The notes below the pieces were generated by a model. It ran no database searches and was not told the DNA's origin. It saw only the letters and a program-made list of their open reading frames with translations. Below, one piece after another: positions 38,929-49,379 of a DNA stretch of 64,000 nucleotides. Origin of the DNA: an uncultured Gammaproteobacteria bacterium (GTDB lineage Bacteria; Patescibacteriota; Microgenomatia; Levybacterales; UBA12049); NCBI GenBank assembly GCA_964490105.1, contig CAZAZU010000001.1, forward strand, positions 370,361 to 434,360. The letters are read 5' to 3'. Position 1 is the stretch's first letter. The number at the start of each line of letters is the position of its first letter. The translations under genes were made by a program, and so were the position numbers.

Positions 38929-40590
38929 TTAATTAATAGTACCTATAAAACTCTTTGTAATATTTTTAAATATAAATTTTTCTTCGTCGTACTCTAATGC
39001 AACCACTACATCTTTTGAAAGATTATTTACTCTAAGCGTCTCCTCAAGTTTATTTTTATTCGTAAAATATCCATAGCTATTGTCTCCAATTTTCTTATAT
39101 CCTTCATCTAATAATCCCCATAGGAAAAAGTCTGCAAAAAATGGTCCCCACTCTTTTTCATTTCCCCGAGCGTAGGTTGCCAAAAATATCATTCCAGGTC
39201 CAGATGAAAACGGAAGGACATTTTCATTAGGTATTCCAAACTCACCATTTCTGTAACAGACTTTTTTACATTTAATGTAAAAAATTGTATTTCTGGAAAG
39301 AGATGGATTTTCCTCATGTAAACTTTTCAACAAGGTTTTCCTAGCAATCCCACCATGAACTTTATCGCTTACGGATAATCTAATCTCTTGTAAAGAAGTT
39401 ATAATCAGCAGGGCAAAAACAACAATCACTGAAGTCTTCTTTATATAGTCAAGAATCCTTAATTTACTTCTAGAAACATACACGCTATGAATAAAAATTG
39501 CAAGGAAGCAAAATACCGGAAAGCTTGCGAAATAAAGATATCTGGGTTCTAAAACGCTAATGTGTCTACCTACAAAAGATAGCATGAACGCGTTAGATCC
39601 GATCCAGGCGAGGAAAAAAATTATATAATTCGCAATATCTTTTGGCTTAAATAACCATAACCATAAAGCTAAAACACTGATTATTAATCCGAAAATATAA
39701 AAAAATGCTGCATCCATGAGAGGAGCTTGACTAGTAAAATATGTATATCCTGGATATGCTTGGTGTGCGTGGTTTATAAGAAATATTACTATTCGCTCAG
39801 AATATATTAAATTCTGCACAATAAACTTGATTGGAATTGTCAAAAGATTATATTCTGCGCCACTACCGGTAATCTGCTGACTAGCGGGTAATATTGCCGT
39901 ATTCAGGCTTTGAGCAAATATTCTTATTAGAAAAGTTATAAAAACTCCAATTATTAAATAAATGAAAGATTTCGAGTTTGACTTATTAATTTTTGATTTT
40001 CCAAAAGTTAGAAGATAAACAACAAAAAGCGGAATAATAATAAAACCTTCTTCTCTAAAACAAATCGAAATAAAGAATATTAATATTAAAATTACAGAAT
40101 TCTTTGCTGTTATAATTTTTTCTTTTATGTGCGCCAAATATATAAAAAATAAGAGCATGAAAAGCATCGCCATGTCGGTTGAGTTAAATATTGCTAAATG
40201 CGTAAACGCCTGCTGCGCACGACCGTTCAGTAAAAATAAAAAAGAACAAAGAAGCGCAATTGATTTCTTAGTTGATAATTGTAAAGCTAAAGTATAAACC
40301 AATACAGAATTTAAGGAGTGAATTACAAGTTGAATTAAATAATAGAATTGTGCTTGATAACCAAAAACTTCATATAAAAATTTCCATAGAATTGAGCCAA
40401 GCGGAATGAAATGCGTTCCTTTGCTCGCGAAAAAACTCCACCAGGGAAGAGTATAGGAATTAATTGTGTCTGCGAATCCTCCCCACTCATCTTGCTCAAA
40501 ATAAGCATTTAGAAGACCATGAGTGGCAAGAAATAGGATTACAAAAAAAACCAAAAATAAAAAGACGAAATTTTTTAATAAATACTTCAC
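38929..40590 (-). CDS. polytopic membrane protein, TMTC/PMT-like GT-C
   Basis: GTG start; YFEQDEW first loop, HFIP, YY...IH..N, REE, PRYLY; about 11 TMs. Confidence 0.6.
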   Translation of the reverse strand: MKYLLKNFVFLFLVFFVILFLATHGLLNAYFEQDEWGGFADTINSYTLPWWSFFASKGTHFIPLGSILWKFLYEVFGYQAQFYYLIQLVIHSLNSVLVYTLALQLSTKKSIALLCSFLFLLNGRAQQAFTHLAIFNSTDMAMLFMLLFFIYLAHIKEKIITAKNSVILILIFFISICFREEGFIIIPLFVVYLLTFGKSKINKSNSKSFIYLIIGVFITFLIRIFAQSLNTAILPASQQITGSGAEYNLLTIPIKFIVQNLIYSERIVIFLINHAHQAYPGYTYFTSQAPLMDAAFFYIFGLIISVLALWLWLFKPKDIANYIIFFLAWIGSNAFMLSFVGRHISVLEPRYLYFASFPVFCFLAIFIHSVYVSRSKLRILDYIKKTSVIVVFALLIITSLQEIRLSVSDKVHGGIARKTLLKSLHEENPSLSRNTIFYIKCKKVCYRNGEFGIPNENVLPFSSGPGMIFLATYARGNEKEWGPFFADFFLWGLLDEGYKKIGDNSYGYFTNKNKLEETLRVNNLSKDVVVALEYDEEKFIFKNITKSFIGTIN

Positions 40591-42378
40591 TTAATGATAT
40601 AGAAATTCTACTAAAGACTTTCTTTTTTTAGATGAATTACTAAGAGCTCTAATATTTATGTTTTTATCATTGTCATTTATATCCAGTAAATAATTTCCTA
40701 TTGCTAGATAGTCTATCTTTGACTGAAGGAAAGCATCTAAAGCATCCTCGGGAGTACATACAATGGGCTCCTCATGCATGTTGAAGCTCGTATTTACAAG
40801 CGTTGGGATACCAGTTATTTTAAAATATTCGTTAAGAATTTTATAGTAACTTTCATTGTCTTTTCTGTTTATAATTTGGGGACGTGCTGTGCCATCAACA
40901 TGAACACATGCAGGACTTGTCTTAATCATATAGGGAGTGCATTCGAATGTAATTGTCATGAATTTTGAAGAGTACAGTGCACCCTCCAAATTCTTATAAC
41001 ATTTGGAGGCATATTCCGCAAGAGTAACAGGAGCAAAAGGCATAAACTCTGTTCTTTTTAATCTCTTATTAAGCCAGTCGTTGATAGATTTATCTTTCGC
41101 TTCATATAAAATGGATCTGTTACCAAGTGCTCGCGGACCATATTCCATTCTTCCGGAAAATCTAGCGATTACTTTTTTTTCTACAAGCAGCTTAGCAATT
41201 TTCTTCTCGATATTTTTTTCTTTTTTAAAGCTTAACTTATGTTTCTTTAGAACTTTTTCAATTTCCTTATCGGTATAATCAGGTCCGAAATATACTGTTT
41301 CCGGTTTTTTAATCTTTTCTTTATTTAAATGCGCTATGTGAAGTGCAGCTCCAAGCGCTAACCCATCATCCCCCATTGCTTGATGGATGTGTATCTCATC
41401 AATTTCTTCCATTTCATGAATTTTTTGATTCACCTTTACATTAGCTGCAACTCCACCAGCTATAGCAATCTTCTTAACTCCCGTCTTTTTTACAGCATAA
41501 TTCACTAATTCAACGACGCACTCCTCAAGTCTTCTCTGAAAAGCCGCAGAGATATCCTCCCTTGAATACTTTTCCAGCTCTTTTGGGAGTTTCTTATTAT
41601 TAAAATAGAAAGCGAGAATACTCAAATACTTCTTATGATTAAAAATAACTTTATCCTTCTTAACACTCATCATTTTTCTTACAAAATCATCAACCACTTT
41701 AGGATCTCCATAAGCAGCTAATCCCGTAATTTTTCCTGGATGTCTATGCCTATTAAAGCCTAGGACTTCGGTAACTAACTCATAAAATTTACCCATTGAA
41801 TTAGGCAACTTATTCTCTACAATTTTTTCCCATTTATCATCTATTACCCTATATATGGACACTGTTTGATCAAAACCTGAACCTTCATTTGCCATAACTA
41901 AGCAATCATTCCAGCCAGACGTATAATATGCTGAGTGCAGATGGGCCATGTGATGATGATCAAGATAAACTTTTCCCTTAAAGCCTTTTAGGTGCATTTC
42001 AACTCTTTTCCTTGAGTAAACATATCTATAAAGGTAGGTAAGAATTCCTGGTGAAATTAAAATTTCACCTACAATTAACGAGGGCTTTTTAAGCCAAATT
42101 AAATACTTTCCCCTTGTAGATGATATGGGCCAAATATTTTCTTTAAAATTAAGATAAATAGATTTAGGAAAAGGATCCTCAACGTATACAATCGCATCAA
42201 GTTCATCTGGCGTTATCTTGGTGTAGCTTAAAAAGTTTTTAAGAGCGCCGATCGGCGCATTTCTGTCCATTTTTATTCTGGAAAACCTTTCATTAGATGC
42301 AGCGTATAAAACAGTACCATTCTCCACATATGCTACTGAGGTGTCATGAGTTCTTATGTGTATTCCGAGAATTTTCAT
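40591..42378 (-). CDS. carbamoyltransferase (NodU/CmcH family)
   Basis: HDTS, ERFSR.K, HHMAH, GKITGLAAYG, AGGVAANV, EYGPRALGNRS, FMPFAP, VHVDGTAR, NTSFNMHEEPIV. Confidence 0.93.
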   Translation of the reverse strand: MKILGIHIRTHDTSVAYVENGTVLYAASNERFSRIKMDRNAPIGALKNFLSYTKITPDELDAIVYVEDPFPKSIYLNFKENIWPISSTRGKYLIWLKKPSLIVGEILISPGILTYLYRYVYSRKRVEMHLKGFKGKVYLDHHHMAHLHSAYYTSGWNDCLVMANEGSGFDQTVSIYRVIDDKWEKIVENKLPNSMGKFYELVTEVLGFNRHRHPGKITGLAAYGDPKVVDDFVRKMMSVKKDKVIFNHKKYLSILAFYFNNKKLPKELEKYSREDISAAFQRRLEECVVELVNYAVKKTGVKKIAIAGGVAANVKVNQKIHEMEEIDEIHIHQAMGDDGLALGAALHIAHLNKEKIKKPETVYFGPDYTDKEIEKVLKKHKLSFKKEKNIEKKIAKLLVEKKVIARFSGRMEYGPRALGNRSILYEAKDKSINDWLNKRLKRTEFMPFAPVTLAEYASKCYKNLEGALYSSKFMTITFECTPYMIKTSPACVHVDGTARPQIINRKDNESYYKILNEYFKITGIPTLVNTSFNMHEEPIVCTPEDALDAFLQSKIDYLAIGNYLLDINDNDKNINIRALSNSSKKRKSLVEFLYH

Positions 42379-43571
42379 ATGCTTTGATATAACTTGTAAT
42401 GTTTTTCAGCTATTACATCCCAAAACCTTTCTTGAGTTACATTATTTAGGGACTTATTTATACTATGAATAGTTTTTTTATCATTTAATATTCGTTCGAG
42501 CTGAGTTGCAAAAGAATTATGATCAGAGATATCAAAAGCTAGTCCAATATTATTTGATTTTACTTCTTCTGAAATGGGCTTCACATCCGCAACTATTAAT
42601 GGTTTTTTATATGCCAAAGTCATCGCAAGTGCTCCGCTAGAATTATATGAAAAAACTGCAGGAATTATACAAACCTTGGCTAGTCTATATAACTCATCTA
42701 ACTCATCTCCATTAACAAATCCAGTAATCAAAACTGATTTTGAGATTTTGCTTGTTTTAATCAATGCTTCTATCTTTTTCTTATAATAAGCGAATTCCGG
42801 GAGAACATCCCCAGCTAAGACTAATAAAAAATCTTTTGACTTAGTGTTTTCTATAAAATACTTATATTCCTTTATCAGGTAGTCATATCCTTTTCTTGGA
42901 GAAAAATATCCAAATATAAGAATTAATTTTTTATTCTTAAGAACTGGATGCTTCCTTAATACCTCCATACTCTTTGGTAGCTTATCAGGATCCTTAATTC
43001 TTCGTATACCGTGCGCGATTGTAAATACTTTTTTTGGATCACATTTATATTCATCTACAAGTCTTGTTCTTAAGATTTCAGTATGAGCAGTAACAGCGCT
43101 AGAAAATATACCAATTAATCTAAAGACATAAAAAAGAAAAACTTTGCCCAAAAATTTATTTAAAATATTATTTGCTAACCCAAAACTTTCTAAAAAGTTA
43201 GCGTTAATCTGATTTTTAGAAACGATTAAATGACAGGTAACAAAAACCTTGAATCCAAATAATCTTAAGAGTCCAATTAACCAGGGGAAAATTAGCGCAG
43301 ATCCGATTCCTCCATAGGTTTTAAATTCGTGCTGAAAGTGAATCACGTTTGGTTTTATTTTAAACACATATATTAAGATCGGTATGAAGAATAAGACTCC
43401 CTTATTCCACACTAAATCTACCTTAGGTGTTTTGCCATCTAAAACAGGCTCATTTTTTCTACCACACAAATACAGCTCGTCCCTTTTTTTCATAACTTGT
43501 AAAAATCCTTGACTTAGATCTCTTGTGTAATTGGAGTCTGGAAGAAAGTTAGCGATAAATATGAACCTCAT
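42375..43571 (-). CDS. GT4 glycosyltransferase
   Basis: HFQHE, IAHG, FGYFSPRKG, SSGAL. Confidence 0.82.
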   Translation of the reverse strand: MRFIFIANFLPDSNYTRDLSQGFLQVMKKRDELYLCGRKNEPVLDGKTPKVDLVWNKGVLFFIPILIYVFKIKPNVIHFQHEFKTYGGIGSALIFPWLIGLLRLFGFKVFVTCHLIVSKNQINANFLESFGLANNILNKFLGKVFLFYVFRLIGIFSSAVTAHTEILRTRLVDEYKCDPKKVFTIAHGIRRIKDPDKLPKSMEVLRKHPVLKNKKLILIFGYFSPRKGYDYLIKEYKYFIENTKSKDFLLVLAGDVLPEFAYYKKKIEALIKTSKISKSVLITGFVNGDELDELYRLAKVCIIPAVFSYNSSGALAMTLAYKKPLIVADVKPISEEVKSNNIGLAFDISDHNSFATQLERILNDKKTIHSINKSLNNVTQERFWDVIAEKHYKLYQSI

Positions 43572-44599
43572 TAAATTCTGTTCTCCTTAATGTAGTTTAA
43601 AACTCTCAAGAACCCTTCCTCGTTGGAAATTTTAGGCTTCCACCCAATTTCAATTACTTTCTTCGTATCAGCATAACGATTAGTAACTCCAACAGGTTTA
43701 TTAAGAATTGGCTGGACCCTAGGGTTATAACCTTCTATTTTTGATAGTAAATTAATTACTTCCAAAAAAGTTGTTAGCTTTCCGCTACCAATATTTACTG
43801 CAGTGCCATCGTTTATTTTTTTCATAATTTTAAAAAAAGCATCAATACAATCGTCAATATGAACAAAATCTCTTCCCTGTTTTCCGTTACCCCAAACCTT
43901 GATTGGATCTTCTCTCATAGCAATTCTTTTTGTTATTGCAGGAATTGGATAGGAAAAATCTTGATCCTCTCCATAGCCGGAAAATGGCCTTACGCAAGCG
44001 ATAGGTATATTGTATTTTTTTGCCGTAATTTGACTCAAATACTCTCCTGTTAATTTACTCCATCCATAAGTCATATCAGGAACTCCCAATGACTCATCAA
44101 ACTTTATAAAATCCTCTTTCAAAGCCTTTGATTTTCTTTTACCCTGCAGAACAACTGGGTATGCAGCGCTCGAACTTGCGTAAAGAACAGATTCAACATT
44201 TCTATTTTTGCGTGTTAGCCAATAAAAAAATACGGAGTCAATAGCTAAATCTTTTCCTACCAATATGGGATCCCCTTCAATCAATTCTCTACCCCCGACG
44301 ATAGAAGCTAAGTGAAAAATTTTATAAAAATTTGGTAATTCTTCTTCAGCATTCTTTCTAAAAACATCAATTACATCTGCATTTATAAAATTTATTCTTT
44401 GGGATTTATTAGAATATTCAATTAAATTTCTTTTTCTAGAATTTTTTTTATAATCTTTCCCTATCCATTTTTCTGGATGAATACCTAAGGATAAATCATC
44501 AACTATCCAAATATTGCTTTCTTGAGATAACTTACGTATTAAATTTCTGCCTACAAAACCACAACCACCTGTAATTAAAACAGCTTTTTTTGACTTCAT
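43571..44599 (-). CDS. NAD-dependent nucleotide-sugar epimerase (GME-related extended SDR)
   Basis: TGGCGFVG, HLASIVGG, SSSAAYP, YGWSK, RDFVHIDD. Confidence 0.85.
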   Translation of the reverse strand: MKSKKAVLITGGCGFVGRNLIRKLSQESNIWIVDDLSLGIHPEKWIGKDYKKNSRKRNLIEYSNKSQRINFINADVIDVFRKNAEEELPNFYKIFHLASIVGGRELIEGDPILVGKDLAIDSVFFYWLTRKNRNVESVLYASSSAAYPVVLQGKRKSKALKEDFIKFDESLGVPDMTYGWSKLTGEYLSQITAKKYNIPIACVRPFSGYGEDQDFSYPIPAITKRIAMREDPIKVWGNGKQGRDFVHIDDCIDAFFKIMKKINDGTAVNIGSGKLTTFLEVINLLSKIEGYNPRVQPILNKPVGVTNRYADTKKVIEIGWKPKISNEEGFLRVLNYIKENRI

Positions 44600-44614
44600 T
44601 TTATAAAATAAATT

Positions 44615-45349
44615 CTAATTTTTTTTAGCTTTTAAGATAATAAGATGTGAATGTCTTGGATCTAATCTTGCCATAATGCTAGATAAAAATCCTTTGAATG
44701 GGAAATAACCAACCCCGCTAACTTTTTCTATTTCAAATCCATGTGCCTTATATGCATCAATTAACCCTTTATAGGCTAATACCTTATTGTGTCCAAACTC
44801 TCCGATATCTCTCCATTTACGTGCAAATTCTGGATCTGGTGCAGGACCAGTTTCTACAGGCCCCTCAACTCTAAGCGCATATGGATTACCAATGCTTTTC
44901 CCATTTATCATAAAGGTTGTTGAAAATGCTTGATATCCAAAAACTAATGAAATAATGTTTGGCCATGACGCTAAATTATCAGTTGCAACAACAACATATC
45001 CCCCTTTTCTTAAAACTCTATACGTTTCAGAAATAAATAATGAAGTGTTATACAAATGTTCAATACTATAGTTACTAATAACTACATCAAAAGAATTTGA
45101 ATTAAACGGGAATTTTTCATTAAGATTTGTTCTTTTTGTTTTAATACTTTTAATTTTTATAGGGAGGGCTTCTATTGCATTTACATCCTTGGTGCCAATC
45201 TTTTTTGCTATTTTTACCGTTAACTTCCCATCACCACACCCTAGATCTAAAAGTCTTACATTTGGATTTTTTTCTATAAAGGAAAGTAGGGTTTTTTCAG
45301 ATTGTCTTGCCCAAGAATCATATAAATTAATAGCATATTTTCGAAACAT
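44615..45349 (-). CDS. class I SAM-dependent methyltransferase
   Basis: LLDLGCGDG, FPF..NSFDVV, IEHL, RVLRKGG. Confidence 0.88.
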   Translation of the reverse strand: MFRKYAINLYDSWARQSEKTLLSFIEKNPNVRLLDLGCGDGKLTVKIAKKIGTKDVNAIEALPIKIKSIKTKRTNLNEKFPFNSNSFDVVISNYSIEHLYNTSLFISETYRVLRKGGYVVVATDNLASWPNIISLVFGYQAFSTTFMINGKSIGNPYALRVEGPVETGPAPDPEFARKWRDIGEFGHNKVLAYKGLIDAYKAHGFEIEKVSGVGYFPFKGFLSSIMARLDPRHSHLIILKAKKN

Positions 45350-45355
45350 TCTGAG

Positions 45356-45364
45356 ATTATATCA
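45356..45364 (-). promoter_or_regulatory. extended -10 box 6 nt upstream of the methyltransferase ATG
   Basis: TGATATAAT-ctcaga-ATG. Confidence 0.65.
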
Positions 45365-45397
45365 CATAAGATTTATAGCTATTAACCACTACAAATT

Positions 45398-46474
45398 TTA
45401 ATTTTTTATTTTAGAACTTAACCTAAATCCTAATAAATCTTGTAGAAGTCCTAGAAGTAAAAGCATATATGCAAACGATGAAACTTCATCTGAAGATAAA
45501 CCAAAATTAAAATAAATATTAACGACAGAAATGCAAACAATTATAAAAGACAGAAAATATGTTACCCTACTACTAATCTTATTTATTCTAATAGAAATTA
45601 CCCAAAATCCTAAAAGTCCAATCACGAACCCACTAACAAAAACTTCAGTAGTAAAAATATATAAGAAAATAAAAAAGAGGCATAGACCCAAAAACAAATA
45701 TCTTTTTATTTTATAACACTTAATAAAAAATCTATTTATAATTTTATATACATATTTATTTTTTTTAAAAATTTTACTAGCTTTACTCTCATTACCAAGA
45801 ATTAAAAATAATATATAGAAAATAAAAGGAAGCAGGAAGATAGAAGAAGAAATTAAAATATACTTGCTGGTAAAAACTGTAAATGCTTTATCCTTTAAAA
45901 AGCTAAGCGCTGACTGATTATTAGTAAAAATTTGCGATTTTGAGTATTTGTATTTTGATATGAATCTGACATTTTCATCCTTTAAAGTTATTGCATTTAC
46001 TTCATTACCATTTAAGGATTTAATTTCGAAGATGAAATCTTTACCAATGGAATCTTGAATCTCTAAAAACCCAAACGGGAAATACATTTTCGAACTCATT
46101 TGACCAGATCTATATTTATTTATATACTGCCAATCCTTAGAGTTAACTTCCTTTATTCTAAATACCAGTGTATCTTCATTATTAAAATCTACACGAGGAA
46201 CATTCTCTAACTTCACAGCTACAATTCCCAGATTATTTTTCTTTGCATTAAATTTAAATATTATTTTTTGATCTTTGAGTATTTTTCCTCCAGAATTATT
46301 TGGTGCGTCTTGAACATGAGAATATTCAAGAACAGAAAAATTTTTATAGGAACCGTAAATAAAAGTTGAAAATATCCAAAACATTAAAAGCGATACGGGA
46401 ATTATTACTATCCTAACTATTTTTTTCTGAAGTACTATTTTTGCTATAAGGAATATCTTTTTAAGATTTTTCAT
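45398..46474 (-). CDS. hypothetical membrane protein with extracellular beta domain
   Basis: N-terminal TM, NNLGIV and FPFGF motifs, several C-terminal TMs. Confidence 0.7.
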   Translation of the reverse strand: MKNLKKIFLIAKIVLQKKIVRIVIIPVSLLMFWIFSTFIYGSYKNFSVLEYSHVQDAPNNSGGKILKDQKIIFKFNAKKNNLGIVAVKLENVPRVDFNNEDTLVFRIKEVNSKDWQYINKYRSGQMSSKMYFPFGFLEIQDSIGKDFIFEIKSLNGNEVNAITLKDENVRFISKYKYSKSQIFTNNQSALSFLKDKAFTVFTSKYILISSSIFLLPFIFYILFLILGNESKASKIFKKNKYVYKIINRFFIKCYKIKRYLFLGLCLFFIFLYIFTTEVFVSGFVIGLLGFWVISIRINKISSRVTYFLSFIIVCISVVNIYFNFGLSSDEVSSFAYMLLLLGLLQDLLGFRLSSKIKN

Positions 46475-48728
46475 TTTTTTTGCTTAAATATAAGTACAAG
46501 AATCCCATCGATAGTAAAATTGCACTCATTAAAATACCAATATAAAAATATACCTGGGGTAAAAAATATAAAGTAAAAATAATATCTATGCTTCCATCCT
46601 TGTTTTGTACAAAAGAAGAACTTTGTATTTTATTTTTAACTTCATCTTCATCTACTGCCCATTTATTTCCATACGGATCAATTGGCAAGTGAGATTCATC
46701 AAATATTGGCTCTTTAAATAAGTATAAAATATCAGCTATATTACCAGATACCGTGTTATCATAAGTTTTATCACCTGGAAATATCTTCCACCCCGAATTA
46801 AAGGTTTCATAAAAGAATAATGATTCTTGTTTGTCTAAGTTTTTTATCTTAACTTTATATTTAACTGAATTTATCTTTTCAAAAGATACTTCTCCAGTTG
46901 AATCAATAACTTTTGGAGAGTTTTTCAACTTATATATTATATATTTACCAGATTCACTTCGAACCAACTCTCTATCTGAAATTGATCTGATTAGCTCATC
47001 ATCTTGAAATTCCAAGTATTCATGGTCAAACAAATACGATTTTTTGACTTCATCTGGAATGTTTCTTGTTACCATGACATAACCTACATTAACCTGTTCG
47101 AGAAGATTTAAAAGCCTCTCGTAGTCCCTCTTTCTAATAGATTCAACAACTAAGTTGGAGATGTTACTTGGATACGATGCTGTACCGCTCAGATCATTAA
47201 CTCCTGTTAGGAATTTGAATGGAGATGTTCCCACATATGCATTTTCTCCATTTTCTTCAGTTATGATAGCGTAGGAAGCAATATTTTGAGGAAATCCAAT
47301 TACATTCTCAGTCTTTGGTAGCTTGCTGCCTGTCTCTTTTGCAAAATCCAAATACTCTTTTGGAAAATGAACTGTTTGATAAATATTGTTAGTTCTCCAA
47401 ACTGGCCTATTAACTACTTGTTTTATTGGAATGAAATTAACAATAACCACAAGAATAACTAAAACTAAAAAAATAAGGTAAAATCTAAAAAATCTTTTTA
47501 TTACAAATAAACATTGCGTAAGGAAAATTGCGTAGATAAAAATGTAACCTAGCGAAAATTTATCAATAAAATTTCTGAATACAGAAAAACCTGGAATGTT
47601 ACCAAGAAATAAAAAAATGTTTTTCAATACTCCTACATTAATAGTAAAGAAATAGAGTGCAGCTAAAAATGCGATAAAGAAAAAAATGAACTTATTTTTC
47701 TCATCCATCTTTAAAACCTGTTTGTATTTAGCTAATCCGATGAATAAAACTACAACAAAAACTAAGCTGAGAGGCAGAACATAATCATAATAATTAAGGA
47801 AGACATTTTTTAATTGACCGTCGAAATCGAATAAAATCTGTCTATGATAAAAAGTTAAGAGTGGATTAATAATATTTCCAGATGCAATAGAAAGAACTGT
47901 GGGGGCAAAGCTATCTACAATTTCCTTTGAAACCGGCCTTACACCAAGACCGCCATCGCCCACATTCCTTAAAGACATCACAAATGGAAATAACCAAAAT
48001 AATTGACTAGCGAAAATAGAAAAAATAAAAACTGAAGTCTTTCTTACTCTGTTCTTAAGTGGATTTTTAACAAAAATGAGGAAAATAATAAAAGCGCTAA
48101 ATAATGGCAATAATAATCCTGCTATCCATACGACCGCATAAAATGCTAACGAAAGGAATATGCACCAGAGAACAACTTTAAAAACATCTTGGATCTCACC
48201 TCTGTGAAGGAAGCATAAGTAATAGTAAAAAATGATTGGCACTAAACATACCAACCAAACAGGACTTAAGAAATAAGCAAGATGACTCGCAGCAATTATA
48301 GGCGAGAATATGTAAAACACCGCCCCAACTATAGAAATTAAATATTCCTTACCGATAATTTCTCTAACTAATTTTTGAAAATAAATAAAACCTAAAATCA
48401 AAACCGCTGAAAATGATGAATAAGATAGTATGATTTTTGAATTTAATAAATTATCAAAAAACGTAGAAACAAGCAGCAATGGAATATATTGATGATTTGG
48501 AATATATAACGGGAGTGATGAAATATTATTCCAGGAAAATAAGGACAAACTTTTTAATAAGGCTGAGGGATAATAGTAATAGAATCTAGTATCATCCCCT
48601 CCTAAAAAAAGTCTACCATCAAACAAATAATAAGGAAGATATATTAGATATCCAATAATAATTAAATTGATTATTACAATAGCTGCGAAGTAAGCTTTTT
48701 TTCTCTTAAATAAGTTAATAATCCTCAT
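46461..48728 (-). CDS. polytopic membrane protein, GT-C-like (AftD/DUF3367-like)
   Basis: GGDD first loop, PGFSVFRNFIDKF, FYETFNSGW; same architecture as 34779..36815. Confidence 0.6.
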   Translation of the reverse strand: MRIINLFKRKKAYFAAIVIINLIIIGYLIYLPYYLFDGRLFLGGDDTRFYYYYPSALLKSLSLFSWNNISSLPLYIPNHQYIPLLLVSTFFDNLLNSKIILSYSSFSAVLILGFIYFQKLVREIIGKEYLISIVGAVFYIFSPIIAASHLAYFLSPVWLVCLVPIIFYYYLCFLHRGEIQDVFKVVLWCIFLSLAFYAVVWIAGLLLPLFSAFIIFLIFVKNPLKNRVRKTSVFIFSIFASQLFWLFPFVMSLRNVGDGGLGVRPVSKEIVDSFAPTVLSIASGNIINPLLTFYHRQILFDFDGQLKNVFLNYYDYVLPLSLVFVVVLFIGLAKYKQVLKMDEKNKFIFFFIAFLAALYFFTINVGVLKNIFLFLGNIPGFSVFRNFIDKFSLGYIFIYAIFLTQCLFVIKRFFRFYLIFLVLVILVVIVNFIPIKQVVNRPVWRTNNIYQTVHFPKEYLDFAKETGSKLPKTENVIGFPQNIASYAIITEENGENAYVGTSPFKFLTGVNDLSGTASYPSNISNLVVESIRKRDYERLLNLLEQVNVGYVMVTRNIPDEVKKSYLFDHEYLEFQDDELIRSISDRELVRSESGKYIIYKLKNSPKVIDSTGEVSFEKINSVKYKVKIKNLDKQESLFFYETFNSGWKIFPGDKTYDNTVSGNIADILYLFKEPIFDESHLPIDPYGNKWAVDEDEVKNKIQSSSFVQNKDGSIDIIFTLYFLPQVYFYIGILMSAILLSMGFLYLYLSKKNEKS

Positions 48729-48764
48729 AAACCAACTAGTGCTTTAGTAAAACTTGCGTAGTAT

Positions 48765-49370
48765 TTAAATATGCTTTATCACTTTTGCCGGGTTTCCAAC
48801 CGCTATCGTATTGCTTGGAATATTCTTTGTAACAATAGAACCAGCCCCAATTACCACTCTATCTCCTATTACAACGCCTGGTAACACTACTGAATGTGTA
48901 CCAATCCATACATCATCTCCAATTGAAACTGGACTGGTTTCATATCCCTGCTTATCAATGGGTAATGATTTATTTTCAAATTTATGATTAAAATCAGTAA
49001 TAAAACAAAAAGCAGCAATCTTTGTATTTTTTCCAATTGAAATAGATTCGTGAGCCATTATAAAAGTGTTGTCATCAACTAATGAATTTTCTCCTATAAA
49101 AATCTTTCCGCTTTCCCCACAAGTAACCCTTGTCCCCTTACCCAAAGTCGTATTATTTAATATCTTAATAGCTTGCTTTGTGCTTTGGAAAAAATGATTA
49201 TTACCTCTTAAAACTACAGACTGACTGATCCTATATCCTCGAACATTGAGAATAAATATTTTGATTAGTGAACATAGTTTAGTTAAAACGTGTTTAATTA
49301 TCTGAACTATTGTTTCAATGAATCCTCTCTTTTTAACTGATTTCAAAACTAAATTAAAATTTTTAATCAT
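48765..49370 (-). CDS. hexapeptide-repeat O-acyltransferase
   Basis: IGDDVWIG..VVLPGV.IG...IGAGSIVTK.IP...VGNPAK. Confidence 0.9.
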   Translation of the reverse strand: MIKNFNLVLKSVKKRGFIETIVQIIKHVLTKLCSLIKIFILNVRGYRISQSVVLRGNNHFFQSTKQAIKILNNTTLGKGTRVTCGESGKIFIGENSLVDDNTFIMAHESISIGKNTKIAAFCFITDFNHKFENKSLPIDKQGYETSPVSIGDDVWIGTHSVVLPGVVIGDRVVIGAGSIVTKNIPSNTIAVGNPAKVIKHI

Positions 49371-49379
49371 TTATTATTT

